A stretch of 64,000 bases of DNA from a bacterium (GTDB lineage: Bacteria; Margulisbacteria; Marinamargulisbacteria; GCA-2716485; JAYNIM01). The position numbers and the translations under genes are program-made. The notes beneath the pieces were generated by a model, which saw only the letters and a list, made by a program, of their open reading frames with translations, did no database searches and was not told the origin of the DNA. The stretch is taken from contig JAYNIM010000001.1 of assembly GCA_038109055.1 (NCBI GenBank), positions 555,365 to 619,364 of the forward strand, given 5' to 3'. Positions 28,505-39,804 of this stretch are shown piece after piece (positions within the stretch are counted from its first letter, which is position 1; each line of letters starts with the position of its first letter).

Positions 28505-29863
28505 TTGGTTGCTTTAATCCTCTTCCTTTCTTACACTATCATTGTGAAAAAAATTTGTTACCTTCTTTTTTTAGGTAGACACCCCATTGATCACGTGCAG
28601 AGTATCCCCTTTCTTCGTGCACTACGTGATAAAAAAGAGACACTGTCTATTCACTGCATTGCCTCGTCGTCTGTCACAGATATCCTTGTTAAAAATACGC
28701 TTATCGACCATCTCTTTGAGCCCCCATCGACACCTCGTCAATATTGGCAGCTTATGCAGGATTGCCGGCAACATCGCTATGATGTATATGTGGATTTAAG
28801 TGTTGGCCAGTCTCTATCTGCTCTTTTGGGATTTTGTTTGCAAATTCCCAAACGTGTCAGCTTTCAGGGCTCTTTTTCCTCCCTTTTTTTTACCAACATA
28901 TTGCCTATGATCAATAGCCATCATCATCTAGATCGTTTGTCGTTATTAGCTGATTTTTTTACCTGTTCCCTTTCATTCTCTCTTATGACCTTTCAGTCAG
29001 ATCCTGTCTCTCAAAGACAGCTCCAACTGGACTCTACTAATTATTTTGTACAAGGCCGAAAATGTTGCCTTGTTGTTCTTACGGCATCCTTACTTCCCTA
29101 TAAAAACGTGATTACAAAACTGCTCAAACAACTCCAAGATCGTGAGTTTAATCTATGGATTGCAGGTGAGGGTAAGCATGACTGGAATTTTGACTCTAGA
29201 TCTGCTTATGTTGTTTCATTAGACACCTGGGACCCTGGAGTTCTACAAGAGGCCTTATCTGCTTGTGACGTCTTTATAGGGACTGAAACCGTTTTGGCAC
29301 AAACCGCTGCACTTCAACATAAAGCCCTACTATTATTAACCCTATCCCCCCATTATTCCTCCTTTGTGTCTTCCCCAATTTCACCTTACCTTCGTCGTGT
29401 TCATCTCTGTACTAAACGCTCGTCTCAGGCACTTGCTTATGACTTATTTCAATGTTTTGGCGAGCTCTGCTATGCAAAATCTCAGAATAATCATTCCACT
29501 ATCCCTCAGCAGATTGCACGGTCTTTTTACCATCATTCGCCGCTCTTATCTGTCCTCTCAACCTATGAAGACTCACAACATTTTTCACAGGTATCTCAAC
29601 GTCTAGAGTCAAAGGGACTTCAGTTGTATCCCTTTTATTTTAAAGCGGCATCGCTTCGTTGCTTTGTGGCCTTGTTTCGCCTGATCCTTTCTAAAAAAAT
29701 TGTTCTTATCCATGGCCCTGTGCCTTTTTGGATGCGAGCTCTTTTGTTGTTGTTCTTTTTCTTTATCCCCCATGTGCCTGCTCCGACCTTTTTCAAACTT
29801 CCTCTTACTTCCCATATTTCATCTGCAGATCTCTATCGTTCACACCGTCAACGTCTTGCTTAA
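28505..29863 (+). CDS. Divergent glycosyltransferase family 9 (heptosyltransferase-like)
   Basis: IPFLRALR, YDVYVDL, IPKRVSF, CDVFIGTET pattern; start may be GTG 28544. Confidence 0.6.
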   Translation: MVALILFLSYTIIVKKICYLLFLGRHPIDHVQSIPFLRALRDKKETLSIHCIASSSVTDILVKNTLIDHLFEPPSTPRQYWQLMQDCRQHRYDVYVDLSVGQSLSALLGFCLQIPKRVSFQGSFSSLFFTNILPMINSHHHLDRLSLLADFFTCSLSFSLMTFQSDPVSQRQLQLDSTNYFVQGRKCCLVVLTASLLPYKNVITKLLKQLQDREFNLWIAGEGKHDWNFDSRSAYVVSLDTWDPGVLQEALSACDVFIGTETVLAQTAALQHKALLLLTLSPHYSSFVSSPISPYLRRVHLCTKRSSQALAYDLFQCFGELCYAKSQNNHSTIPQQIARSFYHHSPLLSVLSTYEDSQHFSQVSQRLESKGLQLYPFYFKAASLRCFVALFRLILSKKIVLIHGPVPFWMRALLLLFFFFIPHVPAPTFFKLPLTSHISSADLYRSHRQRLA

Positions 29864-29926
29864 ATTCTTTACATGTTCCTTCTTTTCTTGTTAGATTAAG
29901 TGCAATTCTTAATTTTTGGAGTTTAT

Positions 29927-30601
29927 ATGAATTTATCACGTCTTACTCAAAAGATTATCTTTGTCTCGTTGTTTTTTTCTGCTCACGTTTTTGCTATACC
30001 TAGCCTTTCTGTCTCAGGTGGTTTACATTTTTCTGATTATTCCTTGGGTCAATTGCAAGTTGAACATGAAAAAATCTTGCTCTCAACTCATTATGACTCA
30101 TATAAAGATCGTATTGGTATTAAAAAATCTCAGATGACTGTGGGTTGGTATTTGGGTGCTGCCACTAAATTTTCATTATTTCCTACTATTAAACTATCTA
30201 TAGGCGCTAACCTAAGCCGTAAAGGGACCATTGTTGTTGAAGGGGCAAAAGTGGCAGCGTCTGAGTTGCCGTCTAACCTTCCTTCTGTGCTTAGTACCTT
30301 AGCAAATGTTGAAAAAAAAGTATCGTATTATTTTACCTATATCGAGGTCCCTGTATTGGCTAGTTTCGAACTCCCTCTCCCTTTTGCTCCCCGTGCTTTT
30401 GCAGGTCTTTCTGCAGGGTATCTTATTGATGAAAATGCAGCTTTTGATGTCGATAAAACAGATCTTTCTGGCCGTTTAGGTGTCTCAGTAAAACCCCTTC
30501 CTTTTATCCATGTTGTCTTAGAGCATCAGCGTGGATTACAAGGCCCCATCAACGAGACTAAAAGTACCGTTAATAGTATTGGTGTTAAGTTCGAAATTTA
30601 G
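29927..30601 (+). CDS. Outer-membrane beta-barrel (porin family) protein
   Basis: Signal peptide, YIEVPVL...FAGLSAGYL, C-terminal GVKFEI; GGAG RBS. Confidence 0.75.
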   Translation: MNLSRLTQKIIFVSLFFSAHVFAIPSLSVSGGLHFSDYSLGQLQVEHEKILLSTHYDSYKDRIGIKKSQMTVGWYLGAATKFSLFPTIKLSIGANLSRKGTIVVEGAKVAASELPSNLPSVLSTLANVEKKVSYYFTYIEVPVLASFELPLPFAPRAFAGLSAGYLIDENAAFDVDKTDLSGRLGVSVKPLPFIHVVLEHQRGLQGPINETKSTVNSIGVKFEI

Positions 30602-30618
30602 ATAGACCGTATTCTTCG

Positions 30619-32562
30619 TTGATTCCCACACAGCAGGCTTTGTCCACTCAACTTGATGACTTTATACACCATTGCCATACGCTCTATTCATCCTCTGATT
30701 CTGTTTGTGATTTCGAAACACTCTATGAATGGTCTCTGAGGCATTCCGCTGATTTCTGGGCCTCTCTTTGGTCGTTTTCTGATCTTATTACTCAGCATTC
30801 TATCGTAAATCCTTACAAAAAAAGTTCTGATGTTCGTCAAGCAACATGGTTTTGTGGCGCTCGTTTAAATTTTGCTGAAAACTGTTTACGCTTTCGGGAT
30901 GATCAGGTGGCGCTTTACTATCAGTCTGAAACAACGCCTCTTCAGCAGCTCAGCTATCTTGAGCTCTATAATGCCGTAAGTCGCTGGGTTTGCGTCTTTA
31001 ATGAATTGGGATTAACGCCTGGTGATCGTGTGGCTGCCTCTATGACAAATTGTCCTGAAACGCTTATTGCGATGTTGGCTGTCACGGCTTTAGGAGGTGT
31101 TTGGTCTAGCTGCTCACCTGATTTTGGGCGACAGGCCTTGTATGATCGTTTCTCTCAGATTTCTCCACGTTTTTTTATTTCTTGCGATGCGTATCAGCAC
31201 AAAGGTAGGTTATTTGACTGTCGTGAACTTATGCAAGGTGTTGCCGCCGACTGCGGCCTATCGGATCAGCACTTGTGGGTTAGCTCTGGGCTATTACCTC
31301 AGCCCTCACGACCTTGTCTGATCAATCTTGCCTCTCAGCAGGATGTTTGTCGTATTCCTTTTGTGCAATGTGAGGCAGAAGACCCTTTATATATTTTATT
31401 TTCTTCTGGCACGACTGGGACGCCAAAATGTTTGGTTCATGGGATTGCTGGCACCTTACTACAGCATATCAAAGAACATCGTTTACACTGTGATCTTCGT
31501 CGTAAAGACACTCTTTTTTACTACAGTACCTGTGCTTGGATGATGTGGAATTGGTTGGTATCTGGCTTAGCGACAGGTTGTTCGATTGTATTAGTGGATG
31601 GAGACCCTTTTTACCCCGATTATTTACGTTTGTGGCACTTAGTTGACAGTTGTCAGATCTCTGTCTTTGGCACTTCACCCAAATATCTGAGTACCTTGGC
31701 AGCTAAAAAAGTCCGTCTTCCTGATCGTCTTTCTGTTCGCTCTTTACGCCTCTTGCTTAGTACAGGCGCCCCTCTAAGTCAACACAATCGTGAATATGTC
31801 TCTGACGTTATTAAAAAAGACCTTCGTATTTCGTCGATTTCTGGTGGAACAGACATTATTTCCTGTTTCGCTTTAGGACGCCCTGATAACGCGCCTCATC
31901 AAGGGGCACTTGCCTGTCGTGGCTTGGGCATGGCTGTGGATGTTTTTGATAGCCAAGGCCGCTCCTTGCGAAACCAGGTTGGTGAATTGGTCTGTACTGC
32001 CCCTTTTCCCTGCATGCCTCTTGGCTTTTATAATGATATGGATCAAAAACGATATCGGGCCAGTTATTTTGATCATTATCCTTCTATATGGCGTCATGGA
32101 GATTTAGCCACCTTATATTCAGATGGATCTATGGATATTTGGGGCCGAAGTGACGCTACCTTAAACCCCTCAGGCGTGCGTATTGGCAGCGCAGATATTT
32201 ATTCTGCTCTTGATACGCTAGATGAGGTTATGGATGCCGTTGCGGTGTCTCAACGCTGGAAAGATGATCAGCGCATTGTCCTCTTTGTCGAACTTGCTAA
32301 AGGAATCTCTTTAAGTTCTTCTCTTAAGAAAACCATCAAAACAGTGATCAGCCAGCGCTGTTCCCCATATCATGTCCCTAAAGTCATTGCCGCCTGTCCC
32401 GGAATCCCCTATACGCGTAATGCAAAAAAAGTTGAACTGGCTGTTAAGCAAAGTATCCATCAAGAATCCGTCCCTCAAAAATCCTCCCTGATTAATCCCG
32501 ATATTCTGGATTTTTATTATGCCTGGGGAGCGGCGTCTAAAGGATCAACTAAGCCACAATGA
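30619..32562 (+). CDS. Acetoacetate--CoA ligase
   Basis: WFCGARLNFAEN, WSSCSPDFG, LFSSGTTGTPK, WMMWNWL, SISGGTD, GRSDATLNPSGVRIG. Confidence 0.92.
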   Translation: MIPTQQALSTQLDDFIHHCHTLYSSSDSVCDFETLYEWSLRHSADFWASLWSFSDLITQHSIVNPYKKSSDVRQATWFCGARLNFAENCLRFRDDQVALYYQSETTPLQQLSYLELYNAVSRWVCVFNELGLTPGDRVAASMTNCPETLIAMLAVTALGGVWSSCSPDFGRQALYDRFSQISPRFFISCDAYQHKGRLFDCRELMQGVAADCGLSDQHLWVSSGLLPQPSRPCLINLASQQDVCRIPFVQCEAEDPLYILFSSGTTGTPKCLVHGIAGTLLQHIKEHRLHCDLRRKDTLFYYSTCAWMMWNWLVSGLATGCSIVLVDGDPFYPDYLRLWHLVDSCQISVFGTSPKYLSTLAAKKVRLPDRLSVRSLRLLLSTGAPLSQHNREYVSDVIKKDLRISSISGGTDIISCFALGRPDNAPHQGALACRGLGMAVDVFDSQGRSLRNQVGELVCTAPFPCMPLGFYNDMDQKRYRASYFDHYPSIWRHGDLATLYSDGSMDIWGRSDATLNPSGVRIGSADIYSALDTLDEVMDAVAVSQRWKDDQRIVLFVELAKGISLSSSLKKTIKTVISQRCSPYHVPKVIAACPGIPYTRNAKKVELAVKQSIHQESVPQKSSLINPDILDFYYAWGAASKGSTKPQ

Positions 32563-33194
32563 TCAAAACCTTTTTTGCGTAGTTTACAGGCCGGGCAGTT
32601 TTGACAGGGGGGGCGTTTTCCCTCGTAGCAAGTATGGGTATCCGCGTACCAGTCTAACTTACCTAAGTCTTGCATTAAGCGAATACTTTGGGCCTTGCTT
32701 AACTGCATTAAAGGTGTGTGGAGGGTCATGGGGGTATCCAAGGCAAGAGACAGTGTTTGTTGCAGGGCGGTTACAAAGTTTTGCCGGCAATCTGGGTACC
32801 CTGAATAATCACTTTGACAGACACCCGTTACCACATGGGCATCGCCCTGCTGATACGCCCAAGTGGCGGCAATCGACAAAAAAAAGACATTTCGTCCGGG
32901 CACAAAGGTACTGGGAAGCTCATTCTCTTTTTGAGTAATATGACAGTTTGGATCAGTGAGTGCATTTTTGCCTAATTGGGGGATAAAATCTAGTTTTAGA
33001 CAGTGGTAGTCTACCTTGGCTCTTTTTGCTAATCTTTTGGCAGACTCACATTCGATTCGATGCCGTTGGCCATAATCAAACCCTAGGGTTCTAACCGCAG
33101 AAAATGTCTCTAATGCCCAGGCCAAACAGGTGGCAGAGTCTTGGCCGCCAGACAGTAAGACGGTGGCCGATGCTTCTTGGTGTTTTTTTCTCAT
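32517..33194 (-). CDS. queC: 7-cyano-7-deazaguanine synthase
   Basis: LSGGQDS, FDYGQRH, FVPGRN, YPDCR, TCY..CQNCPAC. Confidence 0.96.
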   Translation of the reverse strand: MRKKHQEASATVLLSGGQDSATCLAWALETFSAVRTLGFDYGQRHRIECESAKRLAKRAKVDYHCLKLDFIPQLGKNALTDPNCHITQKENELPSTFVPGRNVFFLSIAATWAYQQGDAHVVTGVCQSDYSGYPDCRQNFVTALQQTLSLALDTPMTLHTPLMQLSKAQSIRLMQDLGKLDWYADTHTCYEGKRPPCQNCPACKLRKKGFDHCGLVDPLDAAPQA

Positions 33195-33244
33195 CGGGGA
33201 TAGTATAGCATTTTGTAAATTATACTGTGATCAATAAGGCCCCT

Positions 33245-34561
33245 TTAGCAACGTTCTAATGAAAAAAGGCAATCTGATAACACATTTAGTGCATATGCTA
33301 CTACTTTGAGCCTTTCTTTTTGTGTCTCTGTAATCCCTAATTTATTAATGTCTGTTAAATTGTGGCGCAATTGTTTCCAATACCCTATTCTTTCTAATGA
33401 GTTAAGGTAGTCAGCAATTTGAGCAGGCTCTTCAAGCCTTCTTTGGTTTGATGTTTGGGGGTCATTTTTACATGCTAAGGCATATAAATGTTGAGCAATA
33501 TTACCTTGAGGCATACCGTCGTCTTCTTGATTCTTTGTGACGGTATATTTGTTATGATAATCATTAGGACATAAATATCCTCCTTGTGCTTCTAATTCCA
33601 TCAACAGCTCATTTGCTTTCTTTATTGACTGATCTTTCACGCATATTTCTTCTTCTAGCCTAGCCTTAAATCCCTTGATCTGTTCACTGCTGTCTAGGCG
33701 TACATAAGGCGTTAATACTGTCTTGACTTCTTGCACTATTTTGAGTGAACAACCCCTTTGTTTTTCTTTCCATAATGTCTCTAACTGCTTCATATGGGTA
33801 TCTGTATAGTTTTCTGGTACATTGCTGGCCTCATCTCCAAAGTGTTCTCTGATCAAAGTTGCTCTAACTTCACCGCCTATCTCTGCGATGTTTGCGATAT
33901 TATCCAACCACGCGTTTACATTGTTTCTTAGTTGATTATATCGTTCTTTTTTTCTTCCTTTTTGCCTGTTTCTTTTTGTCCTCTTTTTTTCTGCTTTCTT
34001 TATTCGTGATCTCGCTTCTTCTTCCGTTATTTTTTCTAATTGAGCAAAAAAAAGTTCTAATTTAACTTTATTGTTTTTGTTAGTCTCCTTTTTCATCTCT
34101 TCTATGTTATCTTTTGTTAGATTCATTTTTTTTACCTGTTCTATCAGCTGGGAAAAGGCTTCATCATTTTCACCTAAAGAAAGAATTTCGTTTTTCAACG
34201 AGGCTAATCGGCTGCTTTTAGACACTATACCATTTCTTTCTAGTGTATTTACAACATCTTCCATCAAGTAGCATGCTCCAAAATATTTACTGTGTAGTAT
34301 AGCCTTACTCAATGCCTCTGCTATCTTACTATTTTTCGTACAGTACCATAATTTATTACAGATAGCTGGTGGCCATTCTTGTTTAGATAATTCAGTCTCA
34401 ACACTCTTTATATCTTCTGTTATAATTGCAAGACATAATTTTTCTAAATTTTGGTCTCCAAATGCCTTGGCTGCTTCTATTATCTTATTTATGTCATTAG
34501 CTAATTCCATCACGTCTAAACGTGATACTTTAGTTGGTCCTGATGCTGTTACTGATCTCAT
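33245..34561 (-). CDS. Orphan coiled-coil protein
   Basis: 438 aa, AGGAG RBS, K/E-rich with basic cluster KKAEKKRTKRNRQKGRKK. Confidence 0.72.
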   Translation of the reverse strand: MRSVTASGPTKVSRLDVMELANDINKIIEAAKAFGDQNLEKLCLAIITEDIKSVETELSKQEWPPAICNKLWYCTKNSKIAEALSKAILHSKYFGACYLMEDVVNTLERNGIVSKSSRLASLKNEILSLGENDEAFSQLIEQVKKMNLTKDNIEEMKKETNKNNKVKLELFFAQLEKITEEEARSRIKKAEKKRTKRNRQKGRKKERYNQLRNNVNAWLDNIANIAEIGGEVRATLIREHFGDEASNVPENYTDTHMKQLETLWKEKQRGCSLKIVQEVKTVLTPYVRLDSSEQIKGFKARLEEEICVKDQSIKKANELLMELEAQGGYLCPNDYHNKYTVTKNQEDDGMPQGNIAQHLYALACKNDPQTSNQRRLEEPAQIADYLNSLERIGYWKQLRHNLTDINKLGITETQKERLKVVAYALNVLSDCLFSLERC

Positions 34562-34808
34562 ATTAATTCTCCTTTTTGTTCATTTTTGTTTTCCTTCACT
34601 GTCCGTTAATTTCTATATTAGAAATAAGCTTACACTTTATTTAAAAACGATACTATTCTTTTCTGATTCGGATTCTGTAAATCATTTATAAACATGCCTA
34701 TTAGCTAGGTTGATCTCTTCTTTTTTTTCTGTGCTCCCTTTGAGCCTTTTCTGATTTATGTTACAATCATCCCCTTATTGGGAAGATATAGGATAAGGAT
34801 GAACTATT

Positions 34809-36614
34809 ATGCAACAAGACAAGCTTAGAAACGTCGCGATTATAGCGCACGTTGATCACGGTAAAACAACCTTGGTCGATCAATTATTTAAACAAAGCGG
34901 CTCATTTCGTGACAACCAAGCGGTTGAAGAGCGATTAATGGATTCGATGGATCTTGAAAAAGAACGTGGAATTACGATTCGTTCTAAGAATGGCGCTTGT
35001 GTTTACAAGGATCATTTCATTAACATTATTGATACTCCTGGCCACGCTGATTTTGGTGGAGAAGTTGAACGTGTCTTAAAAATGGCAGATGGCGCGTTGT
35101 TTTTAGTGGATGCACAAGAAGGCCCGATGCCACAGTCTTATTTTGTTTTAAAGAAAGCCATTGCCTTACATTTACCTGTCATTGTGGTTGTGAATAAAAT
35201 CGACAAAGAAAATGCACGTCCTGATTGGGTTATCGATCAGGTTTTTGATTTGATGGTTAAATTAAATGCGCCTGATGAATTATTAGACTTCAAGGTTATT
35301 TATGCCTCTGCTAAAGCAGGTATTGCTAGCGTGTCATTGGACTCGCCCGGCCAAGATATGTTTCCTGTACTTGATAGTGTCATCGAGTCGATCCCGGCAC
35401 CTAGTGGTGATGTATCAGCCCCCTTTAAGGTCCTCATTAACAGTATTGCCTATGATAACTTTTTGGGTCGCTTGGCCATTGGTAAAATTTATCAGGGCCA
35501 GGTTTCTGTGAATCAGGAAATTGTGATGTCAAATGAAGAAACAGTCTCGGCTAAATCACGAATCAGTAAAATTTATCAATTCAAACTAGATGCCTTTGAA
35601 GAAATACCCACCGCTATTCCAGGCCAAATTGTTGCCTTGGCTGGTTTAAGTGATATTAAAATTGGTGACACTATTTGTGCGCCTGACGATACTAGCCCTT
35701 TAAAAGGGGTTGTCATTGATCCTCCAACCTTGTCTATGCAATTTTTAGCCAATGATTCTCCTTTTAGTGGTCAAGATGGTGAATTTGTCACAGGATCTCA
35801 AGTTAAAGAACGCCTTCAAAAAGAAACGCTCTCTGATCCTGCGCTTCATATTTCAGATCTACAAAGCGAAACAGGGACTATGGTGTCGGGTCGTGGTGAA
35901 CTTCATTTGTCTATTTTGATTGAAAAAATGCGTCGTGAAGGCTATGAATTTCAGGTCTCTCGTCCTCGCGTTATTATCAAAGATATTGACGGTAAAAAAC
36001 AAGAACCTTATGAAGAAGTTACGATTGATATTCCTGAAGAAACAATGGGGGCCGTCATCGAAAGTCTGGGTCATCGCAAAGGTGTGATGCAAGATATGCT
36101 CCAAACTGGTAGCCAGGTACAATTACGCTATCATATCCCCACTCGCGGGTTGCTAGGTTATCAGTCTGAATTTATGACCTTAAGCAAGGGATTAGGCACA
36201 ATTTATAGCCGTTTTTTAGAATATCGTGATTATGTAGGTGCGTTTAAAACCCGTCTACGTGGTGTACTAATCAGCAAAGAAGCATGTAAAACTTTGGCCT
36301 TTGCACTGTTTAATTTACAACAACGTGGTAGTTTGTTTATGGGGCCGGGCACCGATGTTTATGAAGGTCAAATTATTGGTGAGAGTAGCCGTGAAGAGGA
36401 CATGGTGGTTAATCCAGGAAAAGGGAAAAAACTCACCAATATGCGGGCATCTGGTTCAGATGAGACGATCATCTTAACGCCTCCTAAACTACTTAGCCTT
36501 GAACAATGTATGTCTTTTATTGATGATAGCGAACTTTTAGAATGTACTCCTAAAGAAATTCGTATTCGAAAACGTTTATTAAGTGAATCTTTGCGTAAAC
36601 AGCATAAAGTCTAG
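34809..36614 (+). CDS. typA: Translational GTPase TypA/BipA
   Basis: [46 protein letters not shown]. Confidence 0.97.
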   Translation: MQQDKLRNVAIIAHVDHGKTTLVDQLFKQSGSFRDNQAVEERLMDSMDLEKERGITIRSKNGACVYKDHFINIIDTPGHADFGGEVERVLKMADGALFLVDAQEGPMPQSYFVLKKAIALHLPVIVVVNKIDKENARPDWVIDQVFDLMVKLNAPDELLDFKVIYASAKAGIASVSLDSPGQDMFPVLDSVIESIPAPSGDVSAPFKVLINSIAYDNFLGRLAIGKIYQGQVSVNQEIVMSNEETVSAKSRISKIYQFKLDAFEEIPTAIPGQIVALAGLSDIKIGDTICAPDDTSPLKGVVIDPPTLSMQFLANDSPFSGQDGEFVTGSQVKERLQKETLSDPALHISDLQSETGTMVSGRGELHLSILIEKMRREGYEFQVSRPRVIIKDIDGKKQEPYEEVTIDIPEETMGAVIESLGHRKGVMQDMLQTGSQVQLRYHIPTRGLLGYQSEFMTLSKGLGTIYSRFLEYRDYVGAFKTRLRGVLISKEACKTLAFALFNLQQRGSLFMGPGTDVYEGQIIGESSREEDMVVNPGKGKKLTNMRASGSDETIILTPPKLLSLEQCMSFIDDSELLECTPKEIRIRKRLLSESLRKQHKV

Positions 36615-36663
36615 TCTATTTCTCTTGATTTCTTGACGCTGTATAACCTGTCCGTTACGCTGA

Positions 36664-37866
36664 ATGTCTATGCCCGATTTTTCAGCTATTCGTTCTTGGT
36701 TACAACAAGAATCACCCAATCTTGAACAGCAACTAATACGTTGGTGTGATCTCAACACACATTCTTTTAACTTAGAGGGTCTTTCTGCCTTTTTGGACAT
36801 GTTTTCTGCTGATATTCAGGACTTAGGTGCGGCTATTGAACGGCATCCCTTACCTGATTTTCAAAGTATTAGCCTACAAGGCCATGATGAAAAACAAGCC
36901 CTAGGCCCCGTACTTTGTGCGAAAAAACGGCCTAATGCCCCCAAGCAGGTATTGTTGTGTATTCATAGTGATACCGTCTATTTGCCCTCTGATCCTTTTC
37001 AGCGCTGTCAACGACTGGATGAACATACCTTACGAGGGCCCGGTGTGGCAGATGCCAAAGGGGGCTTGATGGTGCTTGTAAGCGGTCTTCGGGCCTTCGA
37101 AAAGTTTTGTGATAGTCAACATGTGGGCTGGACCTTATTACTGGTTCCTGATGAAGAAGTCGGCAGTTTAGGTTCTGCGTCTTTTACCCAATCTCTAGCT
37201 AAACAAGCAGATATTGGCTTGGTCTTTGAGCCCGCTTACCCTAATGGGGCACTTGTTTCGTCCCGTCCTGGTTCTTTGGTTTTACGGCTATCTGCGCGTG
37301 GAAAAGCTGCTCATGCGGGACGAGATTTTGACAACGGCATCAATGCTATTACTGCACTTAGTCGTTTGATTACGACTATTGATCAACAATCCCAGCGTTT
37401 TGATGGAAATATTAACATCGGTGTTATTCAAGGAGGCACGGCAGTCAATCAGATTCCCGCTAGCGCTGTCTGTGAAATCAATATCCGAAGTTTGGACCCC
37501 AAGGTTCTTGAAAATACTCCCCCTTTGTTACAAGAGATCATTGATTCCATGCAAAAAGACTGTCCAGCCTACCTGCAGTTACACCCCTACTGTCATCGTC
37601 CACCCAAGCTTTTTGATGCGGCTACTCACGCCGCCTATCAGGTCTTACAAGACTGTGCTAAAGATATGTCGCTTCCACTTGACTGGCAACCGAGCTTTGG
37701 CGTTTCGGATGCGAATTTCATGGCCGCAGCTGGGCTTGTGACGATTGATACCCTAGGCCCTGTTGGGGGGAATCTTCATAGTGATCAAGAATACGTTCAG
37801 CTTCCGTCGCTTTGTGAACGGGCAGAGTTACTGTGTCGCTTTTTACAGCATTTTTCTTTAGACTGA
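36664..37866 (+). CDS. M20 family metallo-hydrolase/peptidase
   Basis: HSDTV, GPGVADAKGG, DEEVGS, FEP, AHAG, SDAN, LHS. Confidence 0.9.
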   Translation: MSMPDFSAIRSWLQQESPNLEQQLIRWCDLNTHSFNLEGLSAFLDMFSADIQDLGAAIERHPLPDFQSISLQGHDEKQALGPVLCAKKRPNAPKQVLLCIHSDTVYLPSDPFQRCQRLDEHTLRGPGVADAKGGLMVLVSGLRAFEKFCDSQHVGWTLLLVPDEEVGSLGSASFTQSLAKQADIGLVFEPAYPNGALVSSRPGSLVLRLSARGKAAHAGRDFDNGINAITALSRLITTIDQQSQRFDGNINIGVIQGGTAVNQIPASAVCEINIRSLDPKVLENTPPLLQEIIDSMQKDCPAYLQLHPYCHRPPKLFDAATHAAYQVLQDCAKDMSLPLDWQPSFGVSDANFMAAAGLVTIDTLGPVGGNLHSDQEYVQLPSLCERAELLCRFLQHFSLD

Positions 37867-37884
37867 ACCTCTAAGAACCTTCGT

Positions 37885-38301
37885 TTAATTCTCTGCTTTA
37901 TCATCCTTAGATTGTTTCTCTTTGTCTTTCTCTTTCTTTTCCTCTTTCTCTTTGCTTCGAACAATCTGGCGTACAGATAGTCCATTATTTTTGATTAATT
38001 CCGTAATTTTCTCATTCGAGACAGTTTTGTTCGGCTTCATCTTGATAGAGACAGTCCCCTCCTCTAAAGACACATTAATACTGGCGACTGCAGCATGCTG
38101 CGCGAATACTTTCTCTAGTCCTCTTGCACAAAAGTCACAGACCATGCCTTCAACATAGCTGGTTACCGTTTTATCGTCTCCCTCTTTAACTGTTTGTTTA
38201 TTTTTATGCTTGTTCTCTGCCTTATCTATCGGTGCTTGCCCTAAGATTATGGACATATTGAATAGACATATGATACTTATTAACATCCCTATTTTTTTCA
38301 T
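37885..38301 (-). CDS. Exported heavy-metal-associated (HMA) domain protein
   Basis: Signal peptide, VEGMVCDFCA, Lys-rich tail. Confidence 0.85.
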   Translation of the reverse strand: MKKIGMLISIICLFNMSIILGQAPIDKAENKHKNKQTVKEGDDKTVTSYVEGMVCDFCARGLEKVFAQHAAVASINVSLEEGTVSIKMKPNKTVSNEKITELIKNNGLSVRQIVRSKEKEEKKEKDKEKQSKDDKAEN

Positions 38302-38334
38302 TTTTTCTCCTTTTAATTCTTAAAAATTTTCATC

Positions 38335-38973
38335 TCAAAACCGAATGACCCAATTTAACATTCCTTTCCCATTTGAATTGATCCCTATTTCTAAAAGACA
38401 TACTCCTTTCAAGAATCTCAGCAGAGGCGTAATAATCAATTGCTGCTTACGCTGATTTTCTGAAGGATGGTGTTCAACTTGTAACATAATCCAGCTATGC
38501 AAGCTCCCATATTCTGCAACATATGGAGCTATTCCCACTCGTGCGTTTTGATGAAAAGACCCCTTATCTATATTCTTTGTATACTCACCCATGCCTGTAT
38601 AGGCCACAAAATAACGCCGTGTTTCCCAATCTCCAGCTATAGCCATACTCATAGTCAGGTTGTCTTTATCCTCATACTGGGCAGCGCCTATTTGTGACTT
38701 TAGATATAAATTTGCTTGTGAAAAACGTGTATTTCTTCGCTTAAGTAAATGGTTCCATTTAACGTTTATATTGATACGGCCTTCATTGTGGTAATCGTCG
38801 ATATTGAGACCTAGTGAATTCTTAATATTTGGTGAATAATGGACGTGTATCCAAGATTTGTCCCATTGATTCATTTGCATGATGGTCCAAGCACCTGGAT
38901 ACGAAATAGGCCGTGCTGTTAGTACTGAGCACCCGATCAGTATACCCCCGATTAGAAAGGATATTCTTTTCAT
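38335..38973 (-). CDS. Hypothetical exported/OM protein linked to the HMA gene
   Basis: Signal peptide + RPISYPG, DWETRRY, terminal Phe. Confidence 0.65.
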   Translation of the reverse strand: MKRISFLIGGILIGCSVLTARPISYPGAWTIMQMNQWDKSWIHVHYSPNIKNSLGLNIDDYHNEGRININVKWNHLLKRRNTRFSQANLYLKSQIGAAQYEDKDNLTMSMAIAGDWETRRYFVAYTGMGEYTKNIDKGSFHQNARVGIAPYVAEYGSLHSWIMLQVEHHPSENQRKQQLIITPLLRFLKGVCLLEIGINSNGKGMLNWVIRF

Positions 38974-39018
38974 GCACTGTATAATAGAACAACTTTCCCT
39001 AGTTTACTATTTTTTTAA

Positions 39019-39804
39019 TTAGGTATCGCTAACATTTTTACTCAGATTTATTCTGAAAGGAAAAAACATAGGCACCTCTTTTTGATAACGTGCAAAGGCG
39101 TCTCCTCGTTTTGCCAATGATAGACGCTCTGTATATGGCCCTGACATAAAACGTACAATTATAAAATTCATTAAGGGAGCAACCCATGCGAGATATGCAA
39201 GTTGCCCCTGCGAAGCAAAGACTGCCAAACTGACCCATACACAACAATCAAAAAAATAATTTGGATGTCGACATAGACGCCATAATCCCTCACGGCATAG
39301 GGTATCATCTCCTTTTTTCTTGTGTGTATATTTCTGCCAGTCTGCCCATGCTTCTGCGACTAAAGATAGACTGAAACCCCCTATTGCCAAATAGTGCATA
39401 ATCCCTAAGGCTATGGTGTCTATTGAATAAACAGGCATTAAAATTGAGCATAATATGACTTGCAAACTTGCTTGCAGATAAAAATGCCTTAATCGTTTGA
39501 CTCCTCGTTGTTTTCCCCATTTTTTTTCAAATACCGTATATCGTGGATCCTGCTTTCCTTTTAAACTACGTGTAAAAAATAAAAAGCTGGCCAAACGCAG
39601 TCCCCATAATGTGATCATTATGGTAAAGATACACTGGCCGAGTGAACTCCCTACATTAAGATAGGCCATCCATGCTGTAACCACGACGCCTATACTCCAA
39701 CATACATCGATAAAAGAGGTATTATTGATTACATGTGCAATCGCTGCCCCAATCGTCATCACTATAAAAGGCATTATGATGACTACTATCAATACTGTCA
39801 TCAT
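39019..39804 (-). CDS. DUF1295 steroid-5-alpha-reductase-like membrane protein
   Basis: IDVCWS, WGLRL, DPRY, ADWQK, GLWRLCRHPNYF, YQKEVPMFFP. Confidence 0.88.
   Translation of the reverse strand: MMTVLIVVIIMPFIVMTIGAAIAHVINNTSFIDVCWSIGVVVTAWMAYLNVGSSLGQCIFTIMITLWGLRLASFLFFTRSLKGKQDPRYTVFEKKWGKQRGVKRLRHFYLQASLQVILCSILMPVYSIDTIALGIMHYLAIGGFSLSLVAEAWADWQKYTHKKKGDDTLCREGLWRLCRHPNYFFDCCVWVSLAVFASQGQLAYLAWVAPLMNFIIVRFMSGPYTERLSLAKRGDAFARYQKEVPMFFPFRINLSKNVSDT

Noticed and set aside
11892..29874. 14-bp match TAAATTCTTTACAT at 11892 and 29861
   Set aside because: AT-rich; explained by a TAA stop followed by a TTTACA -35 box in both places
33195..33244. preQ1 riboswitch upstream of queC
   Set aside because: 50-bp gap with no recognisable stem-loop or A-rich tail consensus
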